From Nitrospirota bacterium (GTDB lineage: Bacteria > Nitrospirota > Thermodesulfovibrionia > Thermodesulfovibrionales > JdFR-86): a DNA stretch of 64,000 bases. The DNA is taken from NCBI GenBank assembly GCA_963721805.1, contig CAVRJY010000001.1:1-64000 (forward strand). The letters are read 5' to 3'. The notes under the pieces are model-generated. The model saw only the letters and a list, made by a program, of their open reading frames with translations. It did no database searches and was not told where the DNA came from. Below, in pieces: positions 1 through 10,159 of this stretch. How positions within the stretch are numbered: the stretch's first letter is position 1; each line of letters opens with the position of its first letter. A program made the translations under genes and the position numbers.

Positions 1-5
1 ACTGC

Positions 6-61
6 GGAACCCACTCCTAGGAACTGGTTCCTAGGAACTGGTTCCTAGGAACCAGTTCCCA
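6..61. repeat. Tandem array of four 14-bp mini-palindromes GGAAC-NN-GTTCC-TA
   Basis: Units GGAACCCACTCCTA, GGAACTGGTTCCTA x2, GGAACCAGTTCCCA; 34..59 is a perfect 26-bp palindrome; may extend left of the window. Confidence 0.85.
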
Positions 62-171
62 TTGACGCGTTCCGCGTTTAAGTTCTATCCTCGCGCATGG
101 GATATATACAGGGCATATTTAGGCGACTGAAAAACTGGAAGGGCCTCGCACTGAAACCAAACTTAAAATGC

Positions 172-330
172 GATCTGAACATCGCCAGGATTCAGGTCAT
201 CGCATCCGAACATCCGAACAGCGGCGAGCCCGGAAAAACGATGTTTTCCGGCAGGTTAGCCCCGATTGCAGCCCGCACATCCGAACACTCTAAAAAAAAA
301 GGCGCGCGCGCGGTAACTATGTATATAACC
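172..330 (+). repeat. CATCCGAAC-repeat element, copy 1
   Basis: CATCCGAAC at 203, 211, 278 (degenerate at 172), then A-run, GCGCGCGCG, TAACTAT; same layout at 42994-43166. Confidence 0.75.
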
Positions 331-345
331 AGAGGGGACGAGGTG

Positions 346-912
346 CTAGAACAGCGTGTTTTGTTTGGGCTTTTTTTCGGGGCCGACTGGCCCTTTTCCC
401 TTGACGGCGTGCTTGGGGGCGATTTCGGCGTCGGGGACATATTGAGCCACAGGCGCTACGACCTTTTCGGGTTCGTGGGCAGAGTGCGGCGAGTGTGCAA
501 TGTGCTTGGGTTTAGTCCCGTCCTCCACGCCCATCTTCGAGAGCGCGTCGGCGCGCTTGTTGAGCTCGCGCGGGACGTGGCTGATCTTGAACTTGCGCGC
601 CTGCTGAAGCAGGCCCATCGCCTCGGCATAGAGCGGCTTCATGTCCACGTGGCGCACCTTGTACTCGCCCTTGATCTGCTTTACGAGCAGCTCGCTGTCG
701 AGCTTGATATCGAGGTCTTGCGCGCCGTGCTGAAGCGCGCAGCGCAGGGCGTGTATGAGCGCGGAGTATTCCGCTACGTTATTGGTGGCGTGTCCGATGT
801 GCGCGTGGAGTTCGATCGCGTCGCGGCCCTCGATCTCGACCACCGCGCCGATCCCGGCAGGGCCGGGGTTGCCGCTTGAGGCCCCGTCGGCGTGTATGAG
901 GGCTCGGGGCAT
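346..912 (-). CDS. rnhA: Ribonuclease HI with C-terminal extension
   Basis: DGASSGNPG, TNNVAEY, DSELLV, HVPRELNKRAD motifs. Confidence 0.9.
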   Translation of the reverse strand: MPRALIHADGASSGNPGPAGIGAVVEIEGRDAIELHAHIGHATNNVAEYSALIHALRCALQHGAQDLDIKLDSELLVKQIKGEYKVRHVDMKPLYAEAMGLLQQARKFKISHVPRELNKRADALSKMGVEDGTKPKHIAHSPHSAHEPEKVVAPVAQYVPDAEIAPKHAVKGKGPVGPEKKPKQNTLF

Positions 913-919
913 AGCCCGA

Positions 920-1633
920 TCAGTCCTCTTCGGCCTTGTAGTAGATGATCCTGCCGCACTGGGGGCAGTAGGTGATCTCGTTGGTGTTCTGGAGCTCGAC
1001 GATGAGCTGGGGCATGATGTTCATGTGGCATCCCGTGCAGAGGCCCTTGCATGCGGCCGCGACGGCCACGCCCATGTGGCGCTTGAGGATGCGCATATAG
1101 TCGGCGTAGACGGCCTTGTCGATGCGCGCGATAAGCCCGGCGCGGCGGACCTTGAGCTCGCGGAGTTCGGCGTCTATGCGCTTGACCTCAAGCTCGATGA
1201 CCTGCTTGAGCTCTGCGGCCTGCGCCTCGAGTTCGGCCACGCGGGCCTCGGCGGCCTTGACCTCGGCGGTCTCAAGGTTGATCGTCTCGGTGAGCCGCGC
1301 GGCGGCGTCCTTGGCCTTCTTCTGGTCGCGCTCGGCCTGCTCGACCTCGCGGTGGTGGGCGTTGAAGGCCTTGGTGTCCTTGACCTGCGCGGTGCGCTCC
1401 TTGAGCTTGGCGAGGTGCTCGGCGGCCTCTTTGCCGGTGGCCTCGCGGTCGCGCTTCTTCATCTGGGCGTCGTCGGCGCGGCGCTGGTGGTACTCCATCG
1501 CGGAGCGCGCCTCGGCCAGGGGTTTTACGACCGCCTCGGCCCTCAGTGGGATGGCCTTCATCGCGCGGTCGCGGGATATCAGTTCGGTGTCGAGTGCCTG
1601 GAGTTCTATCAGAAGGCTGAGCTCTTCGGTCAA
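920..1633 (-). CDS. Coiled-coil C4-type zinc-ribbon protein (DUF164 family)
   Basis: Long helical region followed by CTGCHM...CPQCGRIIYY; TTG start at 1633 with GGAGGAG RBS. Confidence 0.88.
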   Translation of the reverse strand: MTEELSLLIELQALDTELISRDRAMKAIPLRAEAVVKPLAEARSAMEYHQRRADDAQMKKRDREATGKEAAEHLAKLKERTAQVKDTKAFNAHHREVEQAERDQKKAKDAAARLTETINLETAEVKAAEARVAELEAQAAELKQVIELEVKRIDAELRELKVRRAGLIARIDKAVYADYMRILKRHMGVAVAAACKGLCTGCHMNIMPQLIVELQNTNEITYCPQCGRIIYYKAEED

Positions 1634-1699
1634 GTGGTGTGCTCCTCCGCTATGGGATACCGGCTTGCCGGCTGCCGCACCCCCTCCCCGAAGGAGTGT

Positions 1700-1775
1700 T
1701 GGTGGGCCCACTAGGACTCGAACCTAGGACCAACCGGTTATGAGCCGGTAGCTCTACCAGCTGAGCTATGGGCCC
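1700..1775 (-). tRNA. tRNA with CAT anticodon, most likely tRNA-Ile2 (lysidine)
   Basis: GGGCCCATAGCTCAG...ACCGG CTCATAA CCGGT...GGTTCGAGTCC...GGGCCCACCA; C4:G69 and C5:G68 present, no initiator features. Confidence 0.92.
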
Positions 1776-1866
1776 TCGGGGTCGGCGCGACTGCCTGCAT
1801 TAGCCGAGCCATTATTGTAGTTATCCAGGCGATGCGGAGTCAAGTTGGTTGCGGGGCCGAGCGGCG

Positions 1867-2349
1867 CTAGAGTAGCCGCTTTGCGTATATGACCTTGCTG
1901 TCGCGGTCCGCGAAGTAGTCGAGCACGGTCGCGGCGACTGCATACCCGCATGAGGTATAGAACCCGCGCGCCTTGTCGTAGTCGTCGCGCGAGGAGGTAT
2001 CGACATAGACTATCGCGCAGCCCTCGGCGCGCATGATCCGCTCGGCCTCGGCCATCAGCCCGCGCCCGATGCCCCGCCTCTCATGCGCCGGGTCGGTCGC
2101 GATCCAGTAGAGGTCATACCTGTCCTCGGTTATGGTGATCGGCCCATAGCAGACGTATCCCGCGAGCTTACCCTCGGCCTCGGCGAAGACGAAGTGGTAT
2201 TCGCTCTGGGCCGCGTGCGTGATGCGGTCCTCGATCAGTTCTTGAGCCACTATGATCTCGCGCCCGGTGAAGACGCCGGTGCGCCGCAGTATATCGGCGA
2301 CCGCATCGAGGTCAGCGGGCAGCGGCTCGTAGCGGTAGCTCACGTTCAT
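1867..2349 (-). CDS. GNAT family N-acetyltransferase
   Basis: YWIATDPAHERRGIGRGLM acetyl-CoA motif, ARGFYTSCGY; ATGA overlap with the upstream gene. Confidence 0.88.
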   Translation of the reverse strand: MNVSYRYEPLPADLDAVADILRRTGVFTGREIIVAQELIEDRITHAAQSEYHFVFAEAEGKLAGYVCYGPITITEDRYDLYWIATDPAHERRGIGRGLMAEAERIMRAEGCAIVYVDTSSRDDYDKARGFYTSCGYAVAATVLDYFADRDSKVIYAKRLL

Positions 2350-3311
2350 GCGTGCGCCGAGGCGAGCACCGCCCGGATGAACCACTCATGCGTATGCCCG
2401 GCCTCCTCGAGCGCAGCGACGTACCCGGCGTCCGGGGATATGCAGGGGTTGGGATTTATCTCGATCACGTATGGCCGGTTGCCCTCGTCGAGCCTCATGT
2501 CCACGCGGGCGTACCCGCCGAGCCTGAACGCGGCCCAGCACTTCATGGCTAGCGCGCGCACCTCGTCAATCGGCAGGCCCGCCGGGTGGTAGTCGCGCAC
2601 CGAGTTTTCATATTCGAGCGTGCCCTTCGTCCACTTAGCGTCGTATCCGAGGATGCGGGGCTTGCCCTCGGGCCAGTCGAGATATCGCATCTCGGAGGGC
2701 GGGAGCATGAAGGCCGCGCCGTCGATCTCTAGCATCGGGACGCAGACCTCGCGGCCGGTGAGCAATCTTTCGATCAGCAGCGGCTGGCCGTGGCGGCTAT
2801 ATATCGCGGGCAGCGCGGCCATTAGCGCGGCTTGATCACTGAAGACCGACCCGTCCGTGATCCCGACCGATGCATCCTCGAGCGCGGGCTTCACTATCCA
2901 TGGCCCCGGCACGCGTGAGAGATCAGGCAGCCCGCCGCCCCGGTATACCGCGGCCTCTGGCGTCGGGATGCCCGATGCGCGCATGAGCGTCTTGGCGAGC
3001 GTCTTGTCGGTGCTGAGCATGATGCCCTCCGGCCCGGTGCCGGTATAGCGGTATCCCATCAGGCCGAGCATCGATGCGGCGGCGTGAGGCTCGACCAGCC
3101 CTATCGGCTCCTCGATCAGGTTGAATACGATGTCCGGCCCGAACTCCGCAAGCGGCTCGAAGACCAGCTCGAACGGATCGGACGCCGCGATGGTCATGTG
3201 CTTGACGCCCATGCTGTCAAGCGCAGCGGTGACGTACGCGGCCTCGTCGAGCACGTCGAGGGAATCGAGGCAAGTGGGCTTCGGGTCGTTATGCACCACG
3301 GCGACCCTCAC
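2346..3311 (-). CDS. D-Ala-D-Ala ligase-like ATP-grasp protein
   Basis: VFNLIE, DKTLAK, IVKPALEDASVGI, YARVDMR, IEINPNP; GTGA overlap. Confidence 0.85.
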   Translation of the reverse strand: MRVAVVHNDPKPTCLDSLDVLDEAAYVTAALDSMGVKHMTIAASDPFELVFEPLAEFGPDIVFNLIEEPIGLVEPHAAASMLGLMGYRYTGTGPEGIMLSTDKTLAKTLMRASGIPTPEAAVYRGGGLPDLSRVPGPWIVKPALEDASVGITDGSVFSDQAALMAALPAIYSRHGQPLLIERLLTGREVCVPMLEIDGAAFMLPPSEMRYLDWPEGKPRILGYDAKWTKGTLEYENSVRDYHPAGLPIDEVRALAMKCWAAFRLGGYARVDMRLDEGNRPYVIEINPNPCISPDAGYVAALEEAGHTHEWFIRAVLASAHA

Positions 3312-4300
3312 TTAATGCGGAGCCTTGCAGAGCCGATGATCTCCCCTATCAGGTCGCGGTACTCCATACCGGCCCCGGTGCATAGGATCGGCAGGTCGGA
3401 GTGTGTGGGGTGCAGGCCGGGTAATGGATTTACTTCCAGAAACTGCAGCCGCTCCTGCTCGTCAGCGCGCAGGTCCACGCGCCCCGCGTCGCGCACTCCA
3501 AGCACGCGGTACGCGTTTAGCGCGATCTCGGAGGCCTCCTCGATTATCGCCGCGTCCTCTACAGGTGCGTACTGCACGCGCTCCTCGCAGTGCTCCTTGT
3601 TCATGAACGAATATACATTCGGCTCGGCGCAGTGCAGGAGCTTTATCTCGACCATCCCGACCACGCGCGCGCTGTGGCCGGTGCCGAGTATGCCGACCGT
3701 GAACTCGCGGCCTGGCAGGTACTGCTCGACGAGCACCGGCTGGTCGTATTTCGCGATCAGCCTACGGCTGACCTCCCGAAGCGATATAGGGTCCTGCACC
3801 AGGCTCTCCGGCGAGACGCCCTTGCCGGTGCCCTCCTGGTTGGGTTTCAAAAAAAGCGGGCCATTACGCATCGCGATGGTCGGGCCGGTGAAGTCAAACG
3901 CATCGACCTCCTCGATCACCCAAAACGGCGGTGTAGGGACGCGCGCGTCGTGCACCACGCGCTTGGTCATGCCCTTATCCAGAGTCAGCGCGAGCGTGAG
4001 CGCGTCGCTGAACGTAAACGGTATGCCGTAGGCCTCAAGGAGCGCGGGCACCTGGGCCTCCCGGCTCCGGCCGAGCATGCCCTCGGTGACGTTAAAGACC
4101 AGCTCCCAGCGCTCGCCTGCCGCGAGCCTCCGCACCAGCTCGAAGATGTTGCCTATGCGGACGACCTCGTGCCCGAGCGAGCCTATCGTCTCGGCCAGTA
4201 TGTTTACCGTGTCCTCGCTGTCGAACTCGCCGGTCTGTTCGTCGGAGTATCCGAGCTTGAGGTAGTCAGCCCGGAGGTCGTAAGTAAAGCCGGTGCGCAC
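3308..4300 (-). CDS. D-Ala-D-Ala ligase-like ATP-grasp protein
   Basis: VFNVTEG, LDKGMTK, LKPNQEGTGKG, GREFTVG, GRVDLR, LEVNPLPG. Confidence 0.85.
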   Translation of the reverse strand: MRTGFTYDLRADYLKLGYSDEQTGEFDSEDTVNILAETIGSLGHEVVRIGNIFELVRRLAAGERWELVFNVTEGMLGRSREAQVPALLEAYGIPFTFSDALTLALTLDKGMTKRVVHDARVPTPPFWVIEEVDAFDFTGPTIAMRNGPLFLKPNQEGTGKGVSPESLVQDPISLREVSRRLIAKYDQPVLVEQYLPGREFTVGILGTGHSARVVGMVEIKLLHCAEPNVYSFMNKEHCEERVQYAPVEDAAIIEEASEIALNAYRVLGVRDAGRVDLRADEQERLQFLEVNPLPGLHPTHSDLPILCTGAGMEYRDLIGEIIGSARLRIK

Positions 4301-4307
4301 GGGGCCG

Positions 4308-5732
4308 CTATACCCCTTCGCCCAGCGGGAAGAGACTCTTTTTCTGCCTGCGCCTGCGGTATCTTGGGCTGTCTTCGGGCACCAAAGCCTTCTTCGTGCC
4401 GTCGAGGATCTGCTCCATGCCCTCGTCCTGGCGGCGCTTCGACGTGGCGCGGCGCGGCCGCTCAGTGTCGCTTTCAGATGGATTGAAATATTTAAATATC
4501 ATGCCCTCGTAGTTGCGGATCAGGACCTCGTGCTCCGAGACCGATAGCAGGTAAAACGGCTGAAGCGGCACCTTCCCGCCCCCGCCCGGCGCGTCGATCA
4601 CGAACGTGGGGATCGTAAGCCCGCCAGTATAGCCGCGCATCAGCTCGATGATCTGCATGCCCTTCCAGATGTTGGTGCGGAAGTGCTCGACCCCGCGCAC
4701 CGGGTCGCACTGGTAGAGGTAATACGGCCTCACCATGATGCGCTGGAGCGCGTGGCAGAGCTCGCGCATCGTCTCGACGGTGTCGTTGATCCCGCGCAGG
4801 AGCACCGACTGGTTGCTGACCGGGATGCCGGCCGAGAGTATGCGGTCGCAGGCCTCCTGGCTCTCTGGCGTGACCTCGCGCGGGTGGTTGAACTGCGTGT
4901 TGAGCCACAGCGGCCTGTGCGAGCGCAGCATCGTTACGACGTCGTCAGTGACGCGCATCGGCATCACGACCGGCACGCGCGTCCCGATGCGGAGCACCTC
5001 GACATGGGATATGTGGCCGAGTTCCCCCAAGAACCAGTCGAGGAGTTCGAGGTTCATCGTCAGCGGGTCGCCGCCCGAGACTATGACCTCGCGTATCTGG
5101 GGCGTGGAGCGGACGTAGCTGATCATGCCTTGCAGGTCCTTGCGTGAGCGCTCGGACTCGCCGCGGTGCCAGATGCGTTTTCTCGTGCAGTGGCGGCAGT
5201 ACATGCTGCAGCGGTTCGTGACCACGGCCAGCACGCGGTCTGGGTAGCGGTGCACGAGGCCGGGAGTCGGCGTGTCCTCGTCCTCCTCGAGCGGGTCGTT
5301 GTCTCCGACGACCTGAAACTCCATCTCGCGCAGGTCCGGGATGCACTGCCGCCGGACCGGGTCGTCCGGGTCGGACCAGTCGATGAGCGAGAGGTAGTAC
5401 GGGGTGATCGAAAAGTGGAAGCTCTCGAGGAGCCGCTTGAATCTGGGGAGCTGGTAGGGCCGTATATTTATCAGTTCTGCGAGCGTGGCGAGGGAGCTTA
5501 ACCGGTTTTGCATCTGCCAGCGCCAGTCGCGCCACTGGGCCTGAGTGACGCCCGGCCAGAGCCTCGCTATCGCGTCGCCACCGTTGAAAAGGTCGTCTGC
5601 GTAGGCGGGGAAACGGAGCGGCCCGGGTGCTGCCTTTGCTACCGGCGCTGCCGGCGACGGAGGCTGGTCTTCTTCGGTCAGAAGCACTCTTTCCATCGTC
5701 TCCCCTTGAGCGTCGCAAATAACGGCCGCCAT
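4308..5732 (-). CDS. kamA: KamA-family radical SAM/PLP 2,3-aminomutase (lysine 2,3-aminomutase-like)
   Basis: HRYPDR, CSMYCRHC, SGGDPL, YYLYQCD, DAPGGGGK; start may be 5696. Confidence 0.88.
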   Translation of the reverse strand: MAAVICDAQGETMERVLLTEEDQPPSPAAPVAKAAPGPLRFPAYADDLFNGGDAIARLWPGVTQAQWRDWRWQMQNRLSSLATLAELINIRPYQLPRFKRLLESFHFSITPYYLSLIDWSDPDDPVRRQCIPDLREMEFQVVGDNDPLEEDEDTPTPGLVHRYPDRVLAVVTNRCSMYCRHCTRKRIWHRGESERSRKDLQGMISYVRSTPQIREVIVSGGDPLTMNLELLDWFLGELGHISHVEVLRIGTRVPVVMPMRVTDDVVTMLRSHRPLWLNTQFNHPREVTPESQEACDRILSAGIPVSNQSVLLRGINDTVETMRELCHALQRIMVRPYYLYQCDPVRGVEHFRTNIWKGMQIIELMRGYTGGLTIPTFVIDAPGGGGKVPLQPFYLLSVSEHEVLIRNYEGMIFKYFNPSESDTERPRRATSKRRQDEGMEQILDGTKKALVPEDSPRYRRRRQKKSLFPLGEGV

Positions 5733-5833
5733 GGGCCGTATATCAAGAACCGCTTTACGATATTAATACATGGGTGCGCTAAAATCAATTTAAAAAAACG
5801 GATCGAAGAAAATAACCTGGAAGGGTGACTCGC

Positions 5834-6610
5834 TTATTGCTTTGAGAGCCGCTCGTCGATGCGCGAGCAGAGCCCAAGGAGCATGCTCAGTTCCCACTCG
5901 GCCATGCCCGCGCGGCCTATAAACTGCCTTATCAGGCGCATGATCTTGCGCTCGATGTCGCTGTCTCCGCGCTGGGTGTAGCCCAGCGTCCCAAGCAGCG
6001 AGGCGATGCGGCCGTAGAACTCCGAAAGTTCGTCGTGGCTTGCGAGCACGAGGGCGTCCTCGCCCTGCGTCGGGCGCTCAGGCGCCGTCTGCCCGGCGCG
6101 CGATATCTCGTAGGCCGCGATCAGGACGGCCTGCGCGAGGTTCAATGACGGCTGCTCGGCGCTACCGACCGGGATGCTGAACAGCAGGTTGCACTGCTCG
6201 AGGCCTGCTCGTTTGAGAGCCCTTTCCTCTCGCCCCCGAAGAGCACGACCACGCCCTGCGTCCCGGCAACCTCGCGTATGCGCCGCGATGCGGCCTCGAT
6301 AGGCAGGAACACGCCGCGCTTGCGGCCCTTGCGCCGCGTGGTGCCTACGACGAGCGCCGCGCCCGCAAGCGCGTCTCCGAGCGAGGCGAACCGCTCGGCG
6401 GTATCGAGCACGTCGTGGGCGTTTCTGGCGAACCATTGGGCCTCGTCACCGAGCGGCTCGGGCGCGTCGACGAAGGCCCAGGCGCGTAAAGCCCATGTTT
6501 TTTATCGCGCGGGCGGAGGCGCCTATATTGCCGGACTCACGCGGCGAGACCAGGACAAATCGGACGTTGTCTTTCCAAACGGCTTTTTCTATATTAGGTC
6601 GACGGCCCAT
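5834..6610 (-). CDS. trmJ: TrmJ/LasT family RNA methyltransferase (frameshifted, probably sequencing error)
   Basis: Three frames give GNIGASARAIKNMG, VVGTTRR...LFGGERKGLSNE and SLNLAQAVLIAAYE. Confidence 0.8.
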
Positions 6611-6644
6611 TGAGAATGTTAACACATGCACCTTTAGCTTTCTC

Positions 6645-6818
6645 AAAGCGCTCCAAATCGCTTGATACGTTGTCACCATTTGAAAATCGCCCTCCAGAGT
6701 ACATCCCAGTACACTTGCGGGCCATTTTCAAATGCTTCCTAGTCTGAAGACGATTTGGGCGCGCTTTCGGGGGGCACGGACAAAGGACGCCCCCCGTTCC
6801 CCACAAGGTCAACGGCAT
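6645..6818 (+). repeat. Rod-hairpin element (type A) with GGTCAACGGCAT tail
   Basis: AAAGCGCTCCAAATCGCTTGATAC...GTAC ATCCCA GTAC...GTCTGAAGACGATTTGGGCGCGCTTT; tail at 6807-6818. Confidence 0.9.
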
Positions 6819-6830
6819 TTAATTGAGATT

Positions 6831-6905
6831 AGCGCTGTGGCGCGAATAGTGAGTGGGGGCAGTCGCCCCCCGCGAATAGGAGCCGGGGGGCGCTGCCCCC
6901 GCACC
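6831..6905 (+). repeat. GAATAG(T)GAG-linked mini-hairpin module (type D)
   Basis: AGCGC..GGCGCGAATAGTGAG + GC hairpin + GCGAATAG + GC hairpin; also at 12594 and 52987. Confidence 0.7.
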
Positions 6906-7008
6906 CTTTGAAATTTCGCGGCCATAATGTGATAATTAACGGCGCGTCATTAGGGGTGATGCTTGTTGGGCGGTTAGGTAGGCAGTTAAACAGGGCGGGG
7001 GAGAACGA

Positions 7009-10000
7009 ATGGGCCTCAACAAGAGCGTGTTTTCTTTTTTCCTGAAGGTCAGCGCCTCATACCTCCTGCTGATCTCCGTGGCCGTTTCCCTTTTCCTGAC
7101 CGGAATTATCGTAGTGCCGATGAGCATACTGTTTCACGGCAGGGTAACCCCCGATTATATGATAACCGGCTTCGTCACGGCCGGGATCGTATCGGCTGTG
7201 ATCCTGTCGATCTTCATAATGGTCATTGCGCATCTGCGCGAGTCAGACCGCGCTCTCACCCGAAGCCGGGCCCGCTTCCAGTCGATCGTCGATTCGCAGG
7301 ACGAGTGCGTGATACGGTACCTTCCGGGCGGCACCATCACCTTCGCAAACGACACCCTCTGCAGGTACTGCGGCATGAGCCGCGAGCAGCTCCTTGGAAG
7401 CTCCGGCTTCAACTTCATGCGCGAGGACTACAGGGTCGAGTTCATCCGCCAGCTCGAGGCCCTGGACGCCGGGCATCCTTCGATGGTGGCCGAGGGGCCG
7501 GTGGCCATGCCCGACGGCCGCGAGGTCTGGCACCGCTGGGTGCATCAGGCCATATTCGACGAGGAGGGCAGGATCGTCGAGTACCAGGGCTCTGGCAGGG
7601 ACATCACCGAGCAGCACGAGGCCCAGATAGAGCTCGCGGAGAGCAGGGCGCGGTACAGGGCCATCGTCGACTCCCAGCACGAGTTCGTGGTGCGGTACCT
7701 TCCGGGCGGCATCATCACGTTTGCGAACGATACGATCTGCAAGTACTCCGGGTTCAGCCGCGAACAGCTCATCGGCAGCACGTTTTTCAGGTTCGTGGGC
7801 GAGGACTATCTGCCCGAACTCATCCGGCGCATAGAGTCGCTGACCCCCGAGCAGCCCGAGACCGTGACCGAGGGCCCGGTGAACTACCCCGACGGCCGCA
7901 GTTTCTGGCACCACTGGATGCAGCGCGCGATATTTGACGATAACGGCAGGATAATCGAGTACCAGTGCACGGGACGCGACATCACCGAGCAGCACGAGGC
8001 GGAGCGGAGGCTCGCGCTGATGAACTTCGCGCTGAACAACGTCCATGAGGCCGCGATCCTCGTCGACGAGGACAGCCGCATGCAGTACGCCAACGAGGAG
8101 GCCTGCCGGTCACTGGGATACGGCCGCGAGGAGCTCCTCGGCATAGCCGTGGCCGAGCTCGACGCCGAGCCCATGCCCGTAAGCTGGCCGGAACACTGGC
8201 GGCATCTCCAGGGCGTCAGGGCGATGACCTTCGAGGGGCGCCACAAGAGGAAAGACGGCAGCACATTTCCGGTCGAGATCAGCGCGAACTATTTCGAGTA
8301 CGGCGGCCGGGGCTTCAACATGGGCCTGGTGCGCGACATCACCGAGCGCAAGAGGGCCGAGGAGGCCATCAGGCGCAGCGAACTGCAGCTTGCCGAGGCG
8401 CAGCGCATCGCGCATATCGGGAGCTTCGAGATCGACGCCGGCACCGGGGCGCTCCAGTGGTCCGACGAGGTCTACCGCATCTGCGAGGTGCCAGAAGACA
8501 GGAAAGACGCTCCATGTCCCGGATTATCTCGCGGTCGTCCACCCCGCCGACCGCGACCTGCTGGACAGCAATTTTTCCGAGGCGCTCCGCAACAGGACCA
8601 TACACGATTTAGTCAACAGGCTCCTGATGCCGGACGGCAGGGTAAAGTACGTGCATTCGCTTGCCGAGACCACGTATGATGCCGGGGGCTCACCGGTGCG
8701 TACGATCGGCACGATACACGACATCACCGAGCGGAGGGAGTCGGAGATCGCGCGCAGGAAGAGCGATGAGATGCTCCAGGCGATCATCGACGTAGAGCCG
8801 GAGTGCGTCAAGCTCCTCGATAGGGACGCCAACCTCATCTTCATGAGCGCGGCCGGGCTCGGCATGATCGAGGCCGACTCGCTTGATCAGGTCAGGGGCC
8901 AGAGCATGCTCCCAATTGTCGACCCTGAGGACCGCGAGGGGTTCCTGGAGCTTACGCGCCGGGTGTTCGAGGGCGATTCAGGCGGACTGGAGTTCGATAT
9001 AAACGGGCTCAGGACAGGGCGGAGGCTGACGGTCGATACCCACGCCGTACCGTTTAGGGACGAGGAGGGCCGGATCATCGCGCTGCTCGGCGTCACGCGC
9101 GACGTGACCTCCCAGAGGCTCGCCGAGGCCGCGGTCCGCGCCAGCGAGGCCCGGCTGGCCGAGGCCCAGCGCATCGCGAGGCTCGGCAGCTGGGAGATCG
9201 ACATCACCACGGGCGACTCGTTCTGGTCCGACGAGATATACGACGTCTTCGGCCTCGACCGCCAGGCACACCCTGCCTCTATCGAGGAGTTCCTGCACCT
9301 CGTGCACCCCGAGGACCTCGAGAGGGTCGAGGCGGCATACACGGAATCGGTCCTTAACAGGACCCCGCTTGTGCTGGGCCACCGGCTGCTCCTGCCCCAG
9401 GGCGAGGTGCGCCACATACTGATGCGCTGCGAGACCGTATTTAACTCCGCGGGCAGGCCGATGCGGTCCATCGGCACCGCGCAGGACGTCACCGCGCAGA
9501 AGGAGGCCGAGGAGAAGATCGAGCGCTCGCTCAGGGAAAAGGAGGTCCTCCTCAGCGAGGTCCACCACCGCGTCAAGAACAACATGGCCGTCATATCCTC
9601 GCTGCTGAAGATGCAGTCCGCGTACGCCAGGGACCCCGAGGACCGCATGATGCTGCTGGAGTGCCAGTCGCGCATAAAATCCATGGCCCTCGTGCACGAG
9701 AAGCTCTACCAGAGCCGGGACTTCTCGGACATCAACCTCCAGGACTACGTCCAGTCGCTGATAAACAGCATCCGCGGGCTGTTCGACGCGGGCGGCCGGG
9801 TGCGCACGAGGGTCGAGGCCGACGGCCTCACGCTCGACATAGACACGATGATCCCCTGCGGCCTGATCATAAACGAGCTGGTCTCGAACTCCTTCAAGCA
9901 CGCCTTCGAGGGCGCTGGGCCGCACGAGCTCTCGGTCGAGTTCCGCGCGTCGGGGGAGGGCATGGTCACGCTGAGCGTGTCGGACAACGGCCGCGGGCTG

Positions 10001-10156
10001 CCGGACGGCCTGGGGCTTGGCGGCTCCAAGGGGCTCGGCTTCAAGCTCGTCGAAGCCCTGAGCAGCCAGCTGCGCGCCGAGGTCTCGATCGGGCGCGAGA
10101 GCGGGGCCGGGTTCAGCCTCAGGTTCCCGCGCTCGCTGCGGACGGCGAGGGGCTGA
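7009..10156 (+). CDS. Membrane-anchored multi-PAS sensor histidine kinase (HisKA_2 type), one frameshift near 8500
   Basis: Two N-terminal TM helices, about six PAS/PAC units (GRDITE), EVHHRVKNN, NELVSNSFKHAF, DNGRG. Confidence 0.88.
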
Positions 10157-10159
10157 TTT

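Noticed and set aside
1..345. RNase P RNA (often near zinc-ribbon/rnhA loci)
   Set aside because: No GAGGAAAGTCC or other rnpB conserved block on either strand
1700..1775. tRNA as integration site for an island
   Set aside because: No duplicated tRNA 3' end or integrase seen in the window
4308..5732. KamA as EF-P modification enzyme EpmB or as glutamate 2,3-aminomutase
   Set aside because: No efp/epmA adjacent, longer LAM-type sequence, and both lysine-binding Asp residues are retained
7260..8000. Duplicated PAS domains in sensor kinases (also 55770-56540)
   Set aside because: Real but ordinary domain duplication
8490..8520. Programmed frameshifting or phase variation in split genes
   Set aside because: No consistent slippery motif, and housekeeping genes are hit equally; sequencing error is simpler
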